Assembly (NCBI RefSeq): GCF_963921235.1
Contig: NC_086109.1
Span: forward strand, 32,924,001-32,988,000
Reading direction: 5' to 3'
Source: Mobula hypostoma
Taxonomy: Eukaryota
DNA length: 64,000 nucleotides
The translations under genes were made by a program, and so were the position numbers. Shown here piece by piece: positions 39,941 to 51,544 of this stretch. Under the pieces are notes generated by a model, which was not told the DNA's origin, did not search any database, and was given only the letters and a program-made list of their open reading frames with translations. Each line of letters opens with the position of its first letter. The first letter of the stretch is position 1.

Positions 39941-42282
39941 ATGTATGTGGAATAATTGGCAAAAAAATCATCGGATAGTTATCTTAACATGCACTGTATC
40001 TAAAAAGGAAAGGTATGTCGCATTTTAATACCATTTTCAAAATGCTGTTTGATTGTGTTCCATTCAGAAGCTAACTACAATAAAAATGACTTTTCAATTT
40101 AAAATGAATGATGAATCTAGAATGATTTAGATCAATAATATTAGACTAATGCAGCTTGATTTCACGATTAGAGAATAACAGAAAACACAAATGCATGCTA
40201 CTGTGCTGATCCCAAATGTGTTCCTCTCCTCCATTACTAAATTAACCTCTTTGATTCCATAATGTTCAAACAATTTCTTTAATTCGACATTCTCTTGTAG
40301 GCAGTTCTTCTTTGGGATTGCAGTTTCAATCCCGTGCAAATTCCCCAACAGATCCTCTTTGTAGCTTGCAATTGAGACTTTCAGCTGTGATGATGAAAAA
40401 TGGTTTCTTGGTTGTATTTTTAGTGACATCATTCATTTTGTTGCCAACAATGAGACAAAAAAGAGCTGTTCTGTTTAATACTGGGAATCTTAAGTGGTTC
40501 AGAGAGGACATGATGTACACACATTTTTTAGTCAGCGCAAGAGCCTGTGGTTGGCAAGTTATTAATAATTGTAACATCAGCTTAAGAGCTTCTACAAGTA
40601 CTGGGAGAAGAAGAAAAGCTGGTCTCCTAAAGCCGATTTAGAGAATGGAGAAATTTCTTATTGGAAAACATGAGAAATATATCATAAAGACAATGATAGA
40701 GAAAACCATGTAAGGAATTTAGAACAATTATTATCACATGGGAAAAATACTGAGTAAATTAATGGGACCAAACATTAACAAAATCCCCCGGAGCTAATGG
40801 ACTTGCAGTCCAATTTCCAAAGGAGATGGTTACAGGGATTTTTTTAAAAAAATTAGGCTTTATAGTGGCAATGCAAGGGTTATACTGTAAATTATATTGT
40901 ATATATCTTTATTTTAAGAAAATGATATGACAAAAATACCTTGGTTATTACAAAAAATTGTAATATTTCTGAAACCACATCAAAGGATTTGAACATACTG
41001 TATGAACATAAAAAATAGAAACAAGAGTCTGTTCCTCAGCTCTTCAAGCCACCAATGATCGTCTCCTGTTCTGTGCCAGTCCTTATATCCCTCAATCCAC
41101 TGAAATCTTTAAAAAATTAGGTACAATCTCTTTAAAAGAGGAAGCAGAAACATCTTGATAAATGAGGTTCTGTGAAAACTAAATCATTCCTTTAATGACA
41201 TTCTGTTTGCCCAATGCCAGTGTTCATTTTATCCTTCCAAACTGAGGAGGTTAAAAGAGATGGAACATTGTGGTCACTGTGTTTCATTCGACAATTAAAA
41301 TTCATAATTCATAAGCATTCTGAAACTGCCAAAGTGTTGGCCAAGATGAATCACAGCTGAACGGTCAACCATCTACCCTCAACTGTTAGTCTTCAATACA
41401 CTGTTGAGAATTTATAAACTTCCCTCTACAAATGCAATCGCTTCTCATCTTGGCCCCACTTGGAGTAGTAGCATCCATATTTAGCATTAAATGAGAACAA
41501 CAATTATTTGCATGGTCACTTTATGTATAAAAGAGACTGACAACTATTTACCTAATCCATATATTTTGCATTTATTGCATGATTTTGCTGTTGTTATTTA
41601 TTGCTTCTTCCAATAATCAAATGAATCCAATCTTTCCATAACACTCCCAATTTGTAATTCTTACTTCATCTCCAAACAATCAGATTCCTTGAATATGTGG
41701 CTTTGGTATAACCAGGGTAACAATTCTCTTCTGACAGATGTTGTAGCTTGATTCATTTTTATTTCTGTAATCACAGCGAGCTTATACACTCATGGCTTCT
41801 ATTCTAGTTCCTCTTTTGAGGTCCAGCTCTCCAATTCCACAATCTCCCACCATTTCCCAGAGTATCAAAGTAATTTTCCTCTTGTTTTCAAGCCTCTGTG
41901 TTCTTCACAATTTGGACTCATATCCTGTAATTTTATTGCACCTATTCCCCATCAAACATTGCTCCTTCATCTCACTTCAGTCCTCTCATTCTTATAATCT
42001 CCCTCCACCCTTCCAACATATCATCCATTTCCAAAAGTTTATCTTACGAATAAATTTTTGACTTCCAGTTCTCTCTGTTGCCCCCCCTTCCACAAGTTAT
42101 GTGACCCATACATCCTCAAATATGCTGATATACCTTAATGCATTTGAAGACCATAACAAAAGTACTCCAATTAATGCATGTGGTATATAAATGTGTATTA
42201 ACACAATATCCAAATATTAAAGAGCACAACTAAAATAAGGCTTTAAAGTTGCTTGAAATTCCGCCATCCCATTCCTTTGCAC

Positions 42283-42362
42283 CAGGCATTTCCAACCTTT
42301 TTTATGCCATGGACCCCTACCATTGATCGAAGGATTCGTGGACCCCAAGTTGGGAACACCAG
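42283..42362. mobile_element. hAT (Charlie-like) MITE, about 80 bp
   Basis: Decayed TIRs CAGGCATTTCCAAC/GTTGGGAACACCAG; 8-bp flanks CTTTGCAC/CTCTACAC; second copy at 55667-55743. Confidence 0.7.
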
Positions 42363-42649
42363 CTCTACACATATTTCAATTGTATGAACTTAACCTCACA
42401 TTTCAGAATCTTGGACTCTAATCTGTGTTAATAAAATAATTAGAAAACAGCTTGCATGAATTTGCTCACAATCAACTATATGCATTAGTTCCAATAAATA
42501 AACACATTTCCTCACTTTTTAATATAAATGCACTCATGATCAACTGATTTTTAAGTATCTACCTTCAGGTTCTATAATTGGCCATACAAGTTCTCTGTCC
42601 CCTGGAAATAGAACCAACCACTGGACAACACAGGAAAGGAATAATTTAC

Positions 42650-44065
42650 CTTTTTCAAATTTTTCAAGTTGCTCTGTCGAATGGCAGCCAGTAGCTGATC
42701 TCTTGAATTTCGTTCTTGAACTGGTGGTCTATCTTCCAACTTTCTTTCAGATACAGGTGTCAAGGAATTTCTTAAATTCTTGGTCTGGCCATTTCCTTCC
42801 ACAGTCCTCTTGTTTTGCATTTTATGATTTTGAGTTACAGAGTTGGCATCTTCCGGCAGTCCTGGGGGTGGAGGAGGAGGAGGAGGAGGAGGGGGAGGAG
42901 GAGACGGGGTGTGAGTTGCGGTCTTCTTTGGACTTGGTTTAGGGGATGACCATGGTGAACTTCTGGGAGAGGACTGTGGAGAAGGCTTTGGTGACTTCTG
43001 CATGCCCGTTGTCTTTGGAACTTCCAGTACTTGTTTCTTATCCCCACCCTGCCCTTGTCGCTGCTCCTGCAAGCGCTTTTGCCTCTGCTTGTCCATGTTT
43101 CTACTCAGTAAGTTTGTCACTGTCATACGAGGACCCGCTAACTCAAAATGGTAGCCCAGTTTAAGAAGGGTGGTGTTCTCCTTCAAAAGTTTGGCAATAT
43201 CCATCTCCACCTGCCCTCCAAAAATGTGACGCTGATTGTGGAATCTGAATTCTGTCAGGACATTATTCTGCTGCAAAGCTCTCATAATAGCAATGATTCC
43301 TTTACCAGAGATGTAGTTTGATTCCACATTCAGGTTAGTTATGCTTTTGTTTACCCTTAACACACTAGCAACAGCAAATGCAACATGGTCATCTGCACGA
43401 GTGTTGGCAAAGCTGAACATTTTCACAATGGTGTTTTCTTTCAGTGCATCAGCAAATCGTATTAAGATCTCATTTTTCATTCGCTCTTCATTATTTAAGT
43501 TTACTTCTGTTACTCCCGGATCATTGTTCTTAACTTTTTCTATTGATTCATCATAAATGGTTGGAGTTGTAGCTTGCGTTTCTGAAACTTTGGCCGTTTT
43601 TTTTGCTTCCAGGTTTTCCATGTTGGATGAGTCCTTACATTGTATGGAACAGTGTTTACTAGAATTGCCCACGCAGTCTTCATTTTCTTTAATGTCTTTG
43701 GTCTCACTTTTTGTTTTGCTACAATTTCCTTCTTTGGCGATTGCCTTTGGTTCTTCTTTAATTTTAGTTACCTTTTCTTCCTTTTCTTTTTCTTTGACCT
43801 TGTTGCCCTTCCTGTTATCAATTGCCTCACTCTTCTGCTCCTTCTCAGTAACTTTTGCCTCTTTGCTTTTCATCTTTTCATCACTTTCTCTGTCCTTGAG
43901 ATTTTCAGTCTGTCCCCTTTCCTTGTCTTTCCTTTCTCTTTCTCCCCGTGGTTTAGGCAATTCCTCACCCTTTTTCACATTTTCATTGTCCAGTTTTTTA
44001 AGTGCTTTCTTTTCAGGTTCTTCTGCTTTGGCTTGCTTACACTGATCGTCTGGGCTTTTCCCTTC
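42650..44065 (-). CDS. LMOD1: Leiomodin-1 coding exon 2 (charged linker, LRR actin-binding site, polyproline, WH2)
   Basis: ctttcttgtag|GAA...AAG|gtaaat; 1416 nt open, phase 0-0; tropomodulin-type LRR (NNDPGVTEVNLNN, LNVESNYISGKG, FHNQRHIFGGQVEM, LLKLGYHF), P-rich tract, RDQLLAAIRQSNLKNLKK. Confidence 0.97.
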
Positions 44066-44084
44066 CTACAAGAAAGGGCATTGA

Positions 44085-44370
44085 TTATGATGAGACCATG
44101 GAGATCATGGAAAGAGGCCCTATGGCCCATTATGTCTGAGCCAACCATCGGGCACCCACTTACATTAATCTGTCACTTAGCAAACTTTATTTTCTCCCAA
44201 CTCCCATAAACTCCGACCGGATTCGGCAACTCATCTACACATTAGAGGCAATTTATAATGGCTGATTAATTTACCAACTCACATGTCTCTGGGATATTGG
44301 AGAAAACAGCAGCACTGCAAAGAAACCCATGTTATCACAGGGAAAATGTGAAAATATTACCCAGACAGCA
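44085..44370 (-). mobile_element. V-SINE-like fragment
   Basis: GGCAATTTATAATGGCTGATTAAT...GAAACCCATG as in the other SINE copies. Confidence 0.6.
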
Positions 44371-44609
44371 CCAAAATCATTAGCAAACTACAACGTTTGT
44401 ATTTTAAACCATCTGATACTATCAAAAAATGTAAATTATGAATTGATTAAATTGGGGGGAAAATTAACACAGCAGAAGTTATATTCTGGACTTGAACTTG
44501 ACCTTGAATCAGTCTAGGCAGATGAGATTTCCTACACTTTAAACTCACGGCCAAGAGCAGTTCTGGTTCATTTTAACTCCTGGTCCTGTGATGCTTAAAT
44601 TAGTCCATA

Positions 44610-44965
44610 TCAAGTTCAAGTTTATTGTTATCTCACCATACATATATACAACCAAACGAAACAACCTTCCTCTGGACCACAGTGCACCCATAAAAATATA
44701 TCACACATAGCATATCAACAAAAATATTAGCACAAATAAATTAATAAAATATAATTCAAAAATATAATTCTGTAGTGTGCAGAACAGGTAAACAGTAAAC
44801 AGCTTGCTGTCCTAGAGACAAGACCTCGGAGGTGGTAGAGTATTCGTTAGTCTCACAGACTAAGGGAAATAGCTGTTACCCAGACACGCCTAGTCATAAT
44901 GCTCCTGTGCCTCTTTCCGGATAGTAGTGGGTCAAAGAGATTTGTGGAGGGGTGGTAGGGATCCT
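44610..44965 (-). mobile_element. Rex1/Babar-like LINE 3' end
   Basis: CAAGTTCAAGTTTATTG tail; body similar to other Rex-like ends. Confidence 0.55.
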
Positions 44966-45836
44966 CATCTCAGACTGACCTGATGACTAGCACCTTCAGG
45001 TAGCTCTGAAAGCTGCCCTAAAAGCTACAATCAGAATAGCTCATAGCATTCTCAACCTTCTTCGATCCTTTATGAGACTTAGAGTGTAAGCCTCCCCTTT
45101 CGACCAACATCCTCTATGGTTGTCATTAAGGGGGAGGAGTAGAAGAGGTGGTGCATGATACATACTTCCACTCGGTCATTCGCAGTCCAGACCTACCTTT
45201 TGCCAAGCAAGATGATCATGGACTTTCAACAAGGGGAGTTGAACCAAGATTTTTAGGTGGACAAGGAGTTGAATAAGAGGTGGTAATTGAAAGAAGCTGC
45301 ACTTAGTGGATAAATCACAGGATTCAGAAGCAAAGTATCCTAGGTTGATGAGGAAAGTAATGAGCAAAATTGCTAAGGCCCAGACCATAATTTTCCAGAT
45401 GGCTATAGATTCATGGATGATGCTTGATGACTGGAAAATTATAAAAGTAATGCATTTGTTTAAAACAAGACGTATGTAGCTAAAACTTGATAAAAACAGG
45501 CCAGACAGATTAAACTTAATGTGACAAAATTTCTAAAATCAATAGGGACAGAGTTAGCAGTAAGTGGCAAGTGTGGTTTGATGAGAGAACCTAGCTTGGA
45601 ATGTTTAATGTCTAATTATATTGTAGAATTTTTATGCATATTTTGCAATAATGCCTTAATGGGCTTTGAAGAGCAACTCCACTGCCTTCACAATTTACAC
45701 ATTTTGTCAAATAAAAACTTTTCTAAAAGAATCTCTAAAATCTGTTGTTGAAAGTGAAATGCAACATATTGTCCGTATCCAGCAATAATAGCTTTTCCCT
45801 TCACTGTATTTTTTTTATGTTTTGCCCGTCATATCA

Positions 45837-47017
45837 CAGTGGATTCCAGTTAAATAAGACACAACGGGACCAGTACATTTTGGTCCAATTAAGTAGCTGG
45901 CCCAGTTAGACAAAGTTTCATGGAAATAGTTAAAAAGGTATTAAAAAAAAGACAAATAGAGTTACAAATGATGTATTTAAATGAAATACAGATGGAATTA
46001 GAACACTACCGATCATTCAACAATTCTATAAAACCATGTAACCTTTTGAACAAACTCATCCAGCTTTGCTATCACAAGGATCATTACAGAAAATCTTTTC
46101 TACCAAATGCAATAAGCATATACAACAGTTCATCTCCGTGCAACAGGAGAACACGCATCACAATACAATATTCTCCATTTTACTATTCTGTACATTATTA
46201 TTGTACAATATTGCACATTATTGCACAATGATAAATTATTAGTGCATATGTTATTATTCTGTGCTATTATTAGTTAATATTACTATTGTTATCATATTTA
46301 TTGTTATTTTTTTATTGCAAAATGTGTTTTTAAATGTTGCAGCTAGAACAAAATAATTTCCCACTTGGGATCAGTAAAATACTTATTATTATTACTATTA
46401 TTATTAATAAACACAGAGAATTTAATATTGACGGAGGAATTCATCCAGTGGATGAAATGAAAAAGATCAGCAAACATCCAGTGCAGATGATGGACTGCTT
46501 TCATGCAATGATACTGACAATTGCGTCCTCCAAATCTTCATTTTCATTGTAATATTCAAGATGATTGTTGGTAGATGCCTTCAAATTCTTCATAGTACCT
46601 AACTTGTTGAAGTAGCGAAATTGTTTCATTTTCACTCCTGGCTATTTTTGACATCTTCAAACCTGAATGCTTGAAACTGCAGTGAGTAAAACGGTACTGA
46701 GTTGTCTTCCTTCTTATTTCTCACCAACTCTCAGTGACAAAAATCACTGTTTTTTGAACACAAACACACGCAATGGATGCTATTTAAAAGATTTTTGCTT
46801 TAAGCATGGTGCAACATCTAACAGCCACACAAGTGTATGTAACTGATGCTAGTTAGAACCTGTTTGGCAAATCTCCTACCCAAATTAAGTGGCATAGTTT
46901 CCCAAGTAAACAAAGAGAATCCCAGCAATTTACTCAATTTGTGTTTGTTCTTTAAGAGTTGTCCAAAAAAAGTGCCTGTTCTGGATAACCGAAGGGCCAC
47001 TTAACCGGAAACCACTA
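45837..47017. mobile_element. Non-autonomous Tigger/pogo-like DNA transposon with a nested LINE 3' fragment (about 46050-46400)
   Basis: Imperfect TIRs CAGTGGATTCCAGTTAA / TTAACCGGAAACCACTA; nested piece encodes HYRKSFLPNAISIYN. Confidence 0.65.
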
Positions 47018-47226
47018 TATTTCCACCATATTTTAAGTCATGTTTATTAACTAATTTTACTTTGATTAAGTTGGTTCAGTTCCATTTGATGTGAAGTGGT
47101 AGCACATTGGGCTCTTCAAAGTACTCCTAACTCTTCCTCCATTCTTCCTCATACTCAAAATTCTGCTCCATCCTTTGACTAGGACTGCAACCCATTCCTT
47201 CAATAACCTGTTCTATTCATCTATAG

Positions 47227-47578
47227 GAAGGGGTATAGTCGACGTTTCGGGCTGAGACCCTTCATCAGGACTAACTGAAAGAAGAGACAGTAAGAGATTT
47301 GAAAGTGGGAGGGGGAGGGGGAGATCCAAAATGATAGGAGAAGACAGGAGGGGGAGGAATGGAGCTAAGAGCTGGAAAGTTGATTGGCAAAAGGGATACA
47401 AGGCTGGAGAAGGGAGAGGATCCTGTCTTCTCCTAACATCTCAGTTAGTCCTGACAAAGGGTCTCGGCCCGAAACGTCAGCTGTACCTCTTCCTATAGAT
47501 GCTGCCTGGCCTACTGTGTTCCACCAGCATTTTGTGTGTGTTGCTTGAATTTCCAGCATCTGAAGATTTCCTCGTGTT
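47227..47578. mobile_element. Penelope-like insertion with inverted pLTR arms
   Basis: Hammerhead motifs on opposite strands (47237-47272 minus, about 47447-47482 plus); TSD TTCTATTCATCTATAG. Confidence 0.88.
47237..47272 (-). ncRNA. Minimal type-I hammerhead ribozyme motif with intact core
   Basis: AGUC-CUGAUGA-A-GGGUCUCAGCCC-GAAAC-GUC-GACU: stem I AGUC/GACU, stem II GGG/CCC, palindromic ACGU helix III, GUC cleavage triplet. Confidence 0.8.
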
Positions 47579-48549
47579 TTCTATTCATCTATAGCTTGTC
47601 CAGTCAAGCAGTCAAGCATTTTCCAATAGCTAATTTCCAAACCGTGACCCTGTGAGGGGCTTTAACTGGTCATGTTTATATACCAAGGTAGTAAGAATGT
47701 TGTACGTGCATCGAAGAACCTAAAGCCAAGCTGTAGAATACTTTTCAGAAGCAACACTCACAAACCGTATCATTAGTTAGTTAAATCTCTTATATTTTTA
47801 CAGACAATGACTTCTTTTTCACCTCTTTTACTAAGATATCCATATTCAAGCTCTCCCAGGCTCCACTACAATAAACAAACATGAGCCACTCGACAAAATC
47901 TTGGAAGCTTCTTCTCCATTCTGCACAGTCCTTGTGTCAGTGGGGATGTCCCATATTTTCAATGAGGCATTGAGGATATCTCTGAGAAAATTGCTGTAAG
48001 AAATCTGTGTCTCAGAAGCATGCAAGACATCAGGGACTACTGCTGTCAAATAAACCATGAGCTTTGTGGTGAGTTTGACGCCTTAGTTTTCATGCATTCT
48101 TTTCCTCAGTTGGCCAAAGTGCATGCTGCCACAGTGAAAGCAATAGCCCTTTTTATCCCTGATATCAGTCTTTGTTGAGAAATCCCTTGATCCACGTTGA
48201 GAAGAATGTCAAGTCTCTAACCCATGTTTTCAGCATCTCAGCATGGAGCTTTACTGTCAGAGGCTATGTTGTGCATTGGAGGCAGGTTCATAGAAGACCT
48301 TGGCTTTACTTTTGTGTGTTCCAGTGAAGTATGCTCAGAAGGATTAAGAAAACTGTTACAGCAATGATGCAGCCTTGCTTGACTCTAGTCTAAACCGTGA
48401 TTAGGTCTGCTGTGGATCTGCTGACTAAGATCACAAAACCAAGCAAGAAAGAAACTCTAGATGTTCATAGAATGTGCTGGAGATTCAATGCATTATTTCT
48501 CTGCCAAATAACCCACTCACTGTTCCCATCCTAGTATTCTGTTATGCAG

Positions 48550-48990
48550 CAAACCTTTTCCCCAAATCCTCAAGACCTTCTACAGGGGCACCATTGAGAG
48601 CATCCTGACCACCTGTATCACCGCCTGGTATGGGAACTGTACCAACCTTGATCGCTGGGCACTGCAGAGAGTGGTACAGACAGCCCAGCACATCTGTGGA
48701 CATGAACTTCTGTCCATTAAGAAAATTTACAGCAGCAGGTGCAGAAAGAAGGCCTGGAAGATCATCGGGGACACCCGTCATTCCAATCATAAACTAGTTC
48801 AGCTGCTTCCGTCTGGCAAACAGTACCGCAGCATTAAAGCCAGGATCAACAGGCTATGGGACAGCTTCTTTGTACAAGTCATCAGACTTATAAATTCATA
48901 TGTCTGTACATTATGACAGAGTCAAATTGCAAAGATTTTTACTCCCTCAAGTTGCGGGATGGATGTAAGATTTAAATAAATTCAAATTAT
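48550..48990 (+). mobile_element. Rex1/Babar-type LINE C-terminus and tail
   Basis: FYRGTIESILTTCITAWYG (read from 48578); ORF 48671 VQTAQHICG...QLLPSGKQYRSIK. Confidence 0.8.
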
Positions 48991-49023
48991 CCCAAATTCT
49001 CACACCAGCTGCCCTACTTCAGA

Positions 49024-49272
49024 ACAACACACACAAAATGCTAGAGGAACTCAATTGGTCAAGAAGTATCTATGGAAATGAGTAAACAGTCGACGTTTTG
49101 GGCCAAAACCCTTCATCAGGATTCACCTCAGAACCTAGAACTCATAACATAAAGGGCAACTTTTTTTCTAAGGCAGCACAAACAAAATGCCAGTGGAACT
49201 CAGCAGGTCAGGTAGCATCTAGGAAAATGAATAAACAGTCAATATTTCAGGCCAAGGTACTTCTTCAGGACT
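49024..49272 (-). mobile_element. Two adjacent short Penelope-like pLTR fragments
   Basis: 49024-49121 and about 49178-49272 both read AAAATGC..GGAACTCA..AAACAGTC..TCAGGA. Confidence 0.7.
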
Positions 49273-50210
49273 CATTTTAGAAAAACAAGAATGTTTTTCT
49301 AAACATTTTTTCTATCCCTCTTGTGATTCACTTTACACCCTACTCCATTGTCCTCCACCACCTCCTTGGATTGTGTTGCACAATGGCGCACAAGACAGTT
49401 GACCGTGTGTTGTGATGTTTCAATGTACTTGTGACAAATGAAGCTAATCTTTAATATTTATCTTTATCCTTGGGACATCCACCTTATGGCAACAGATTCC
49501 ACATGGAGTCCTGCAATGCAGTACAGAATTTCCCATATTTTCTAGCAGTTCGGCATCCACAATCAAACTGTTTCCAGTTTGACAACAGGTTACTTGAAAC
49601 TTAAACTTCATGGTCTGATTGGATACTGTGTTTCATCAGGAAAAGCACAATATTTAAGAACTAGATGGCTAGCCTTCCTTAGAGTATCATGCTCAGTTTA
49701 GAGCATCCACATCATTGGGATGTATTGATAGTGACAGGGTCTGCCAACGCCTTCCAGAATACTTTTGTAGAGTTAAAGGGCTTACATATGGCTACTGTCC
49801 TTTGTGGTAAAATGAAAGTTAAGGATTGGCCCGCCCTAGACTGACTGTTTAAAATAAAGAAGGGAAGTAGATTTTTTCTGTTTTGTGGTTGAGCCGTCTG
49901 AAATTGGACATAATCTCGATAAGTGACTAAACCAGGTAAAAATGAATCCGTGAGAGGTTCTATGCAGCATTCTAAGATTCCAGAATGCACCTTAACCAAA
50001 AGGCTAAAAACGCTGAATCATCAGAGGTGGGGAATAAAGTATTAAAAAGATGGAGGCAGAGCATCAATTTGAATCTAGAAAAAAGAACTAATGTACTCCT
50101 GTTATTTATCATTATATTTTGTCCATTTTACTTTACAGAAATTGTATGGATAGAGAAAATCTCAGTGAATTTAACAATGCAGTGATAAAATCTATACCAA
50201 AGGGGTATAT

Positions 50211-50397
50211 GGGGTGTCAAGGAGGGGGTAGCACCTCTGGTGGGGGAACATGTTGCATCCTTTTCAAGGCGGTTAGTCCACCTTTGGACCCCACCTGGCA
50301 CTCAGCTCTCACCTGCGGCTCCCCGTAGCTGTTTGCATGCGACAGCGGCCACACCCCGGGCAACGGCTTCGACAAGCCGGCTAAACCAGGTGAGGGT
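50211..50397 (+). ncRNA. HDV-like (nested double pseudoknot) self-cleaving ribozyme, predicted
   Basis: P1 GGGGUGU/ACACCCC, P2 GCUCUCACCUG/CAGGUGAGGGU, P3 GGC/GCC, L3 UCCCC.., P1.1 GG, P4 CGGCUU/AAGCCG, J4/2 GCUAA, all in canonical order. Confidence 0.8.
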
Positions 50398-50757
50398 AGC
50401 CGACGGGTCTCAAACCCTCGGTGAGATAGGGAGTTGTCTATCCCAGCTTGTGAAGACAGACTCTGGCGGATTGAGGGGATGAGACAAATGGAAGATCCAA
50501 CAGTCAAGAAGACGGTCTCTGCAAGCATTCTGGAACGTGTAGAGCAGGACAAGACACAGAAGACGTCCTGGTCATCCACTGCACCTAGTCCCATCTCCCA
50601 GCGTTTCGACTCTGTCTTGCCACTGGATCCATATGGGGATTGGGAAGAGAAAGTGAGGCTGACGCTGTGCAACTCTCCCTCACTTAAATCCAAATCGCGT
50701 GCTAGTCTCAACACCATCATAATGGTGTCGAGGTCCTCATCAACGTCGACGATGGAC
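50211..50757 (+). mobile_element. Non-autonomous RTE-like retroelement with 5' HDV-like ribozyme
   Basis: Sharp GC/CpG-rich island; RTE-5'UTR-like body (GTCATCCACTGCA, GCCACTGGA); two 3' hairpins; ACCAAAGG on both flanks. Confidence 0.7.
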
Positions 50758-51544
50758 AAACACCAAAGGTTACAAATTTCCTGTTGATACCTTGTAACAT
50801 TAATATAGTGTCAATAAAAGCTTGAAAATTGTAAGCAGAGGACACTTTACATAACTTCACATTGCAACAACAAAAAATACAAAGCTGGCAGAGTAATGGA
50901 TTGAGTGTCCTCATTCTGTGCTGCAATAATATATGATTCCATAATGTTATTCTTTTTTTAAGCTTTTGATGTAAGAATCTGAGAATATTTAACTGTTTCA
51001 TGAAGATGAGAAAGCTAAGTACACCTAGAAAAGGAACTTTAATCCAATGCAATCTATTATTCCATTTCTGTAATTCCTCCCACCAAAACATTTAATTGTA
51101 TCAGGAACAAACCCTTACTTCTTCCTTTATTTCCTACCTGGGAAATCACAAATATTTATCACTATTGAGTGAAGGACCTCTAACCAATACCCTTCTAAAT
51201 GTAATTTTAATACACTTACAATCTATTTATATTCAGTGCCCTTCTTTTCAAAGCTCACATAGAGTTTAGTCTATCAACTAACATTTGTACATTTACATGA
51301 GCTGAGTGTAGTGACCTTTCTTTCTTTGCTAAATAGATTCTTTAAGTGTAACTCACAGTTCGTCTCCTTGTCATTTTGTCCCCATTCTCTGTATCCTTTC
51401 AAATGCGAGTAATATTTTTCCAGCATTTTATGAAACAGTTTAGCAGATCTTTCCTCATGTTAAAAATTGTTGACATACCTGTATATTGCGATGATACAGA
51501 TTGGCCTAAAAACAGTTAAATAAACACTGAGATATCTTTTGGAG

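Noticed and set aside
42572..42649. ORF extension past exon 2 (VNYSFP...FYFQGTENLYGQL), reminiscent of a TEV site
   Set aside because: Intron read-through after AAG|gtaaat; the true exon 3 is at 36935-36961; not ENLYFQG and no vector context.
43341..44209. Long plus-strand hydrophobic ORFs
   Set aside because: Antisense shadows of the K/E-rich LMOD1 exon 2.
50217..50787. ORFs of 180 and 117 aa over the ribozyme element
   Set aside because: No recognisable domains; expected in a GC-rich repeat.
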